The notes beneath the pieces were generated by a model, which ran no database searches, was not told the origin of the DNA, and saw only the letters and a list, made by a program, of their open reading frames with translations. A program made the position numbers and the translations under genes. A stretch of 26,059 bases of DNA from positions 1 through 26,059 of the forward strand of contig JAZOTK010000169.1 of the NCBI GenBank assembly GCA_045657605.1, in the 5' to 3' direction. Below are positions 24,584 to 26,059 of this stretch, piece by piece (within the stretch, counting starts at the first letter, position 1; the number at the start of each line of letters is the position of its first letter). Source of the stretch: Clostridia bacterium. GTDB taxonomy: Bacteria > Bacillota > Clostridia > RUG12999.

Positions 24584-25537
24584 GTGAAACTCTCACTTAT
24601 TGTCCCCTGCTACAACGAGCAGGAAAATGTCAGAAAATTCTTTGATGCCTGCGATATCGCCTTTGCCGATATGCAAGGAGACTTTGAAATAATCTTTGTA
24701 AATGACGGCAGTAGTGATGCTACCTGGAGCAGTCTTAAATCCATTTATGCTACCGAAAAAACAAAAGTTAAGCTTATAAACTTTTCACGTAATTTCGGCA
24801 AAGAATCTGCTATATATGCAGGTCTTCGCCGAGCTGTAGGTGAATATACCTCAATAATTGATGCCGATCTGCAGCAACGCCCCGAAATAGTACGTGAAAT
24901 GGTACGACTTCTCGACACAAATGCCGATATCGACTGCGTTGCCGCTTATCAGGAGACACGCCACGAAGGAAAACTTTTAAGCTTTTTCAAAAATTCATTT
25001 TATAAAATTATGAACACCATCGGCGAAACCCCCATAAAATCCGGCGCCAGCGATTTTCGCACCTTCCGCAGAAATGTGCGAAGTGCGATTCTCGAAATGA
25101 AAGAATATTACAGATTTTCAAAAGGCATTTTTTCGTGGGTAGGCTTCAATACGTACTATATGCCTTATAAAGCCGAAAAACGTCATGCCGGCAAAACCGC
25201 ATGGTCTTTCACAAAGCTTTTAAAATATGCCGGAAGAGGATTTTTGTCGTTCAGCACGTTCCCCCTTAAAATTTCTGCATTTATAGGTGGTGTCTGTTCT
25301 CTTGGCGCACTGATTTATATGATTGCCGTTATTATTCAAAAACTTTGTTTCGGCATAGATGTGCCCGGTTATCCTACCATTGTCGTGCTGATACTTCTTT
25401 TGGGCGGGTTGCAGCTTATCACTCTCGGCATCATAGGAGAATACATTGCACATGTTTATATAGAAGGAAAACACAGACCCATATATATAACCAAAGAGTA
25501 TATTACTTATGAGGAGAATGAAAATGAAGCCGAATAA
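24584..25537 (+). CDS. GT2 undecaprenyl-phosphate glycosyltransferase (GtrB/ArnC-like)
   Basis: VPCYNEQ, VNDGSSD, RNFGKESA, DADLQ (DxD), SDFR and two C-terminal TM helices; GTG start after GGAGG. Confidence 0.93.
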   Translation: MKLSLIVPCYNEQENVRKFFDACDIAFADMQGDFEIIFVNDGSSDATWSSLKSIYATEKTKVKLINFSRNFGKESAIYAGLRRAVGEYTSIIDADLQQRPEIVREMVRLLDTNADIDCVAAYQETRHEGKLLSFFKNSFYKIMNTIGETPIKSGASDFRTFRRNVRSAILEMKEYYRFSKGIFSWVGFNTYYMPYKAEKRHAGKTAWSFTKLLKYAGRGFLSFSTFPLKISAFIGGVCSLGALIYMIAVIIQKLCFGIDVPGYPTIVVLILLLGGLQLITLGIIGEYIAHVYIEGKHRPIYITKEYITYEENENEAE

Positions 25538-26059
25538 ATCAAAGAGCCTGTTTTATATATCTTGTTTTTCGGTGTTTGCATTAATGCTGTTATGCAATTT
25601 CCTTACCGGGAAATATTCTGATGATTTTGCATACTGTTTCAGCTTCGCCACAAAAGAGAGAATAACAGAATTTTCTCAGCTGTTTGCTTCAATAAAAGCT
25701 CACGGAAACATAATGAATGGCAGAGCAATCGCGCATTTTTTTGCTCAGCTTTTTCTCCTTCTGCCGCCAGCCATATTCAAAATTATAAATTCTGCCGTTT
25801 TTTTACTTCAGATTATACTTATTTATTCCATCTGTAAAGAAAAAGACGCCCACAACAATCTGCTGTTTTGGGGGATTTTCGGTTCGATATGGTGTTTTGA
25901 GCCGGCTTTCGGTCAGGTAAATCTATGGCTTGACGGTTCCTGTAATTATCTCTGGAGCATTGTAGCCGGACTGATATTTTTAAAACCTCTTGCAGACCGG
26001 TTTATGTACGATAAAACCACAAAAAACATTCTGTCGCGTATTCTTTTTGTTATATCGGG
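25524..26059 (+). CDS. Multi-TM GT-C-like membrane glycosyltransferase (DUF6056/GtrC-like), truncated by the window edge
   Basis: Not in the ORF track. My translation from ATG 25524 (RBS GAGGAG): MKPNKSKSLFYISCFSVFALMLLCNFLTGKYSDDFAY...MNGRAIAHFFAQ...NLWLDGSCNYLWS; has a DD motif after TM1 and overlaps the GT2 stop. Confidence 0.7.
   Translation, partial: MKPNKSKSLFYISCFSVFALMLLCNFLTGKYSDDFAYCFSFATKERITEFSQLFASIKAHGNIMNGRAIAHFFAQLFLLLPPAIFKIINSAVFLLQIILIYSICKEKDAHNNLLFWGIFGSIWCFEPAFGQVNLWLDGSCNYLWSIVAGLIFLKPLADRFMYDKTTKNILSRILFVIS

Noticed and set aside
294-25474. Many ORFs in the track that are antisense or out of frame to real genes (e.g. 294-698, 1294-1743, 4490-4876, 7368-7814, 9510-10178, 12275-12727, 19290-21571)
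   Set aside because: They are shadows of well-supported genes, with no RBS or recognisable motifs.
1-26059. CRISPR arrays, tRNA/rRNA genes, prophage, integrase or transposase, recoding (Sec/Pyl, frameshifts)
   Set aside because: No periodic repeats, cloverleafs or such ORFs were seen; recognised genes are full length with standard stops.

Overview
Chromosomal core region of a spore-forming Clostridia-class bacterium; spo0A, spoVS and spmAB indicate sporulation, and a finer lineage cannot be assigned from sequence alone. It has about 31 CDSs, all annotated by manual motif recognition with no database search. Housekeeping genes: rnhA (partial), glyQS, rpsF-ssb-rpsR, rsmD-coaD, pth-mfd. Envelope and other genes: S41 protease, SH3b-NlpC/P60 hydrolase, AEC transporter, and a GtrB-like GT2 followed by a membrane GT-like gene running off the edge. 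Many near-consensus sigma-A promoters and intrinsic terminators are readable, plus an S6:S18 leader. I found no rRNA, tRNA, CRISPR array, prophage or transposase. Best leads: (1) a four-gene operon headed by a TrpR/YerC-like HTH fused to a YqeM-like SAM methyltransferase, preceded by a ~170-nt leader with crossing and mutually exclusive helices, and including RpiR, a catalytically dead YhfC-like membrane protein and a thioesterase; (2) a stand-alone ryanodine-receptor (RyR) repeat protein coupled to a CPBP protease at the end of the pth-mfd operon; (3) a DprA homolog degenerate in most hallmark motifs; (4) an 80-bp hairpin element flanked by 8-bp direct repeats; (5) a compact H-type pseudoknot next to the RBS of a DUF1858 gene.
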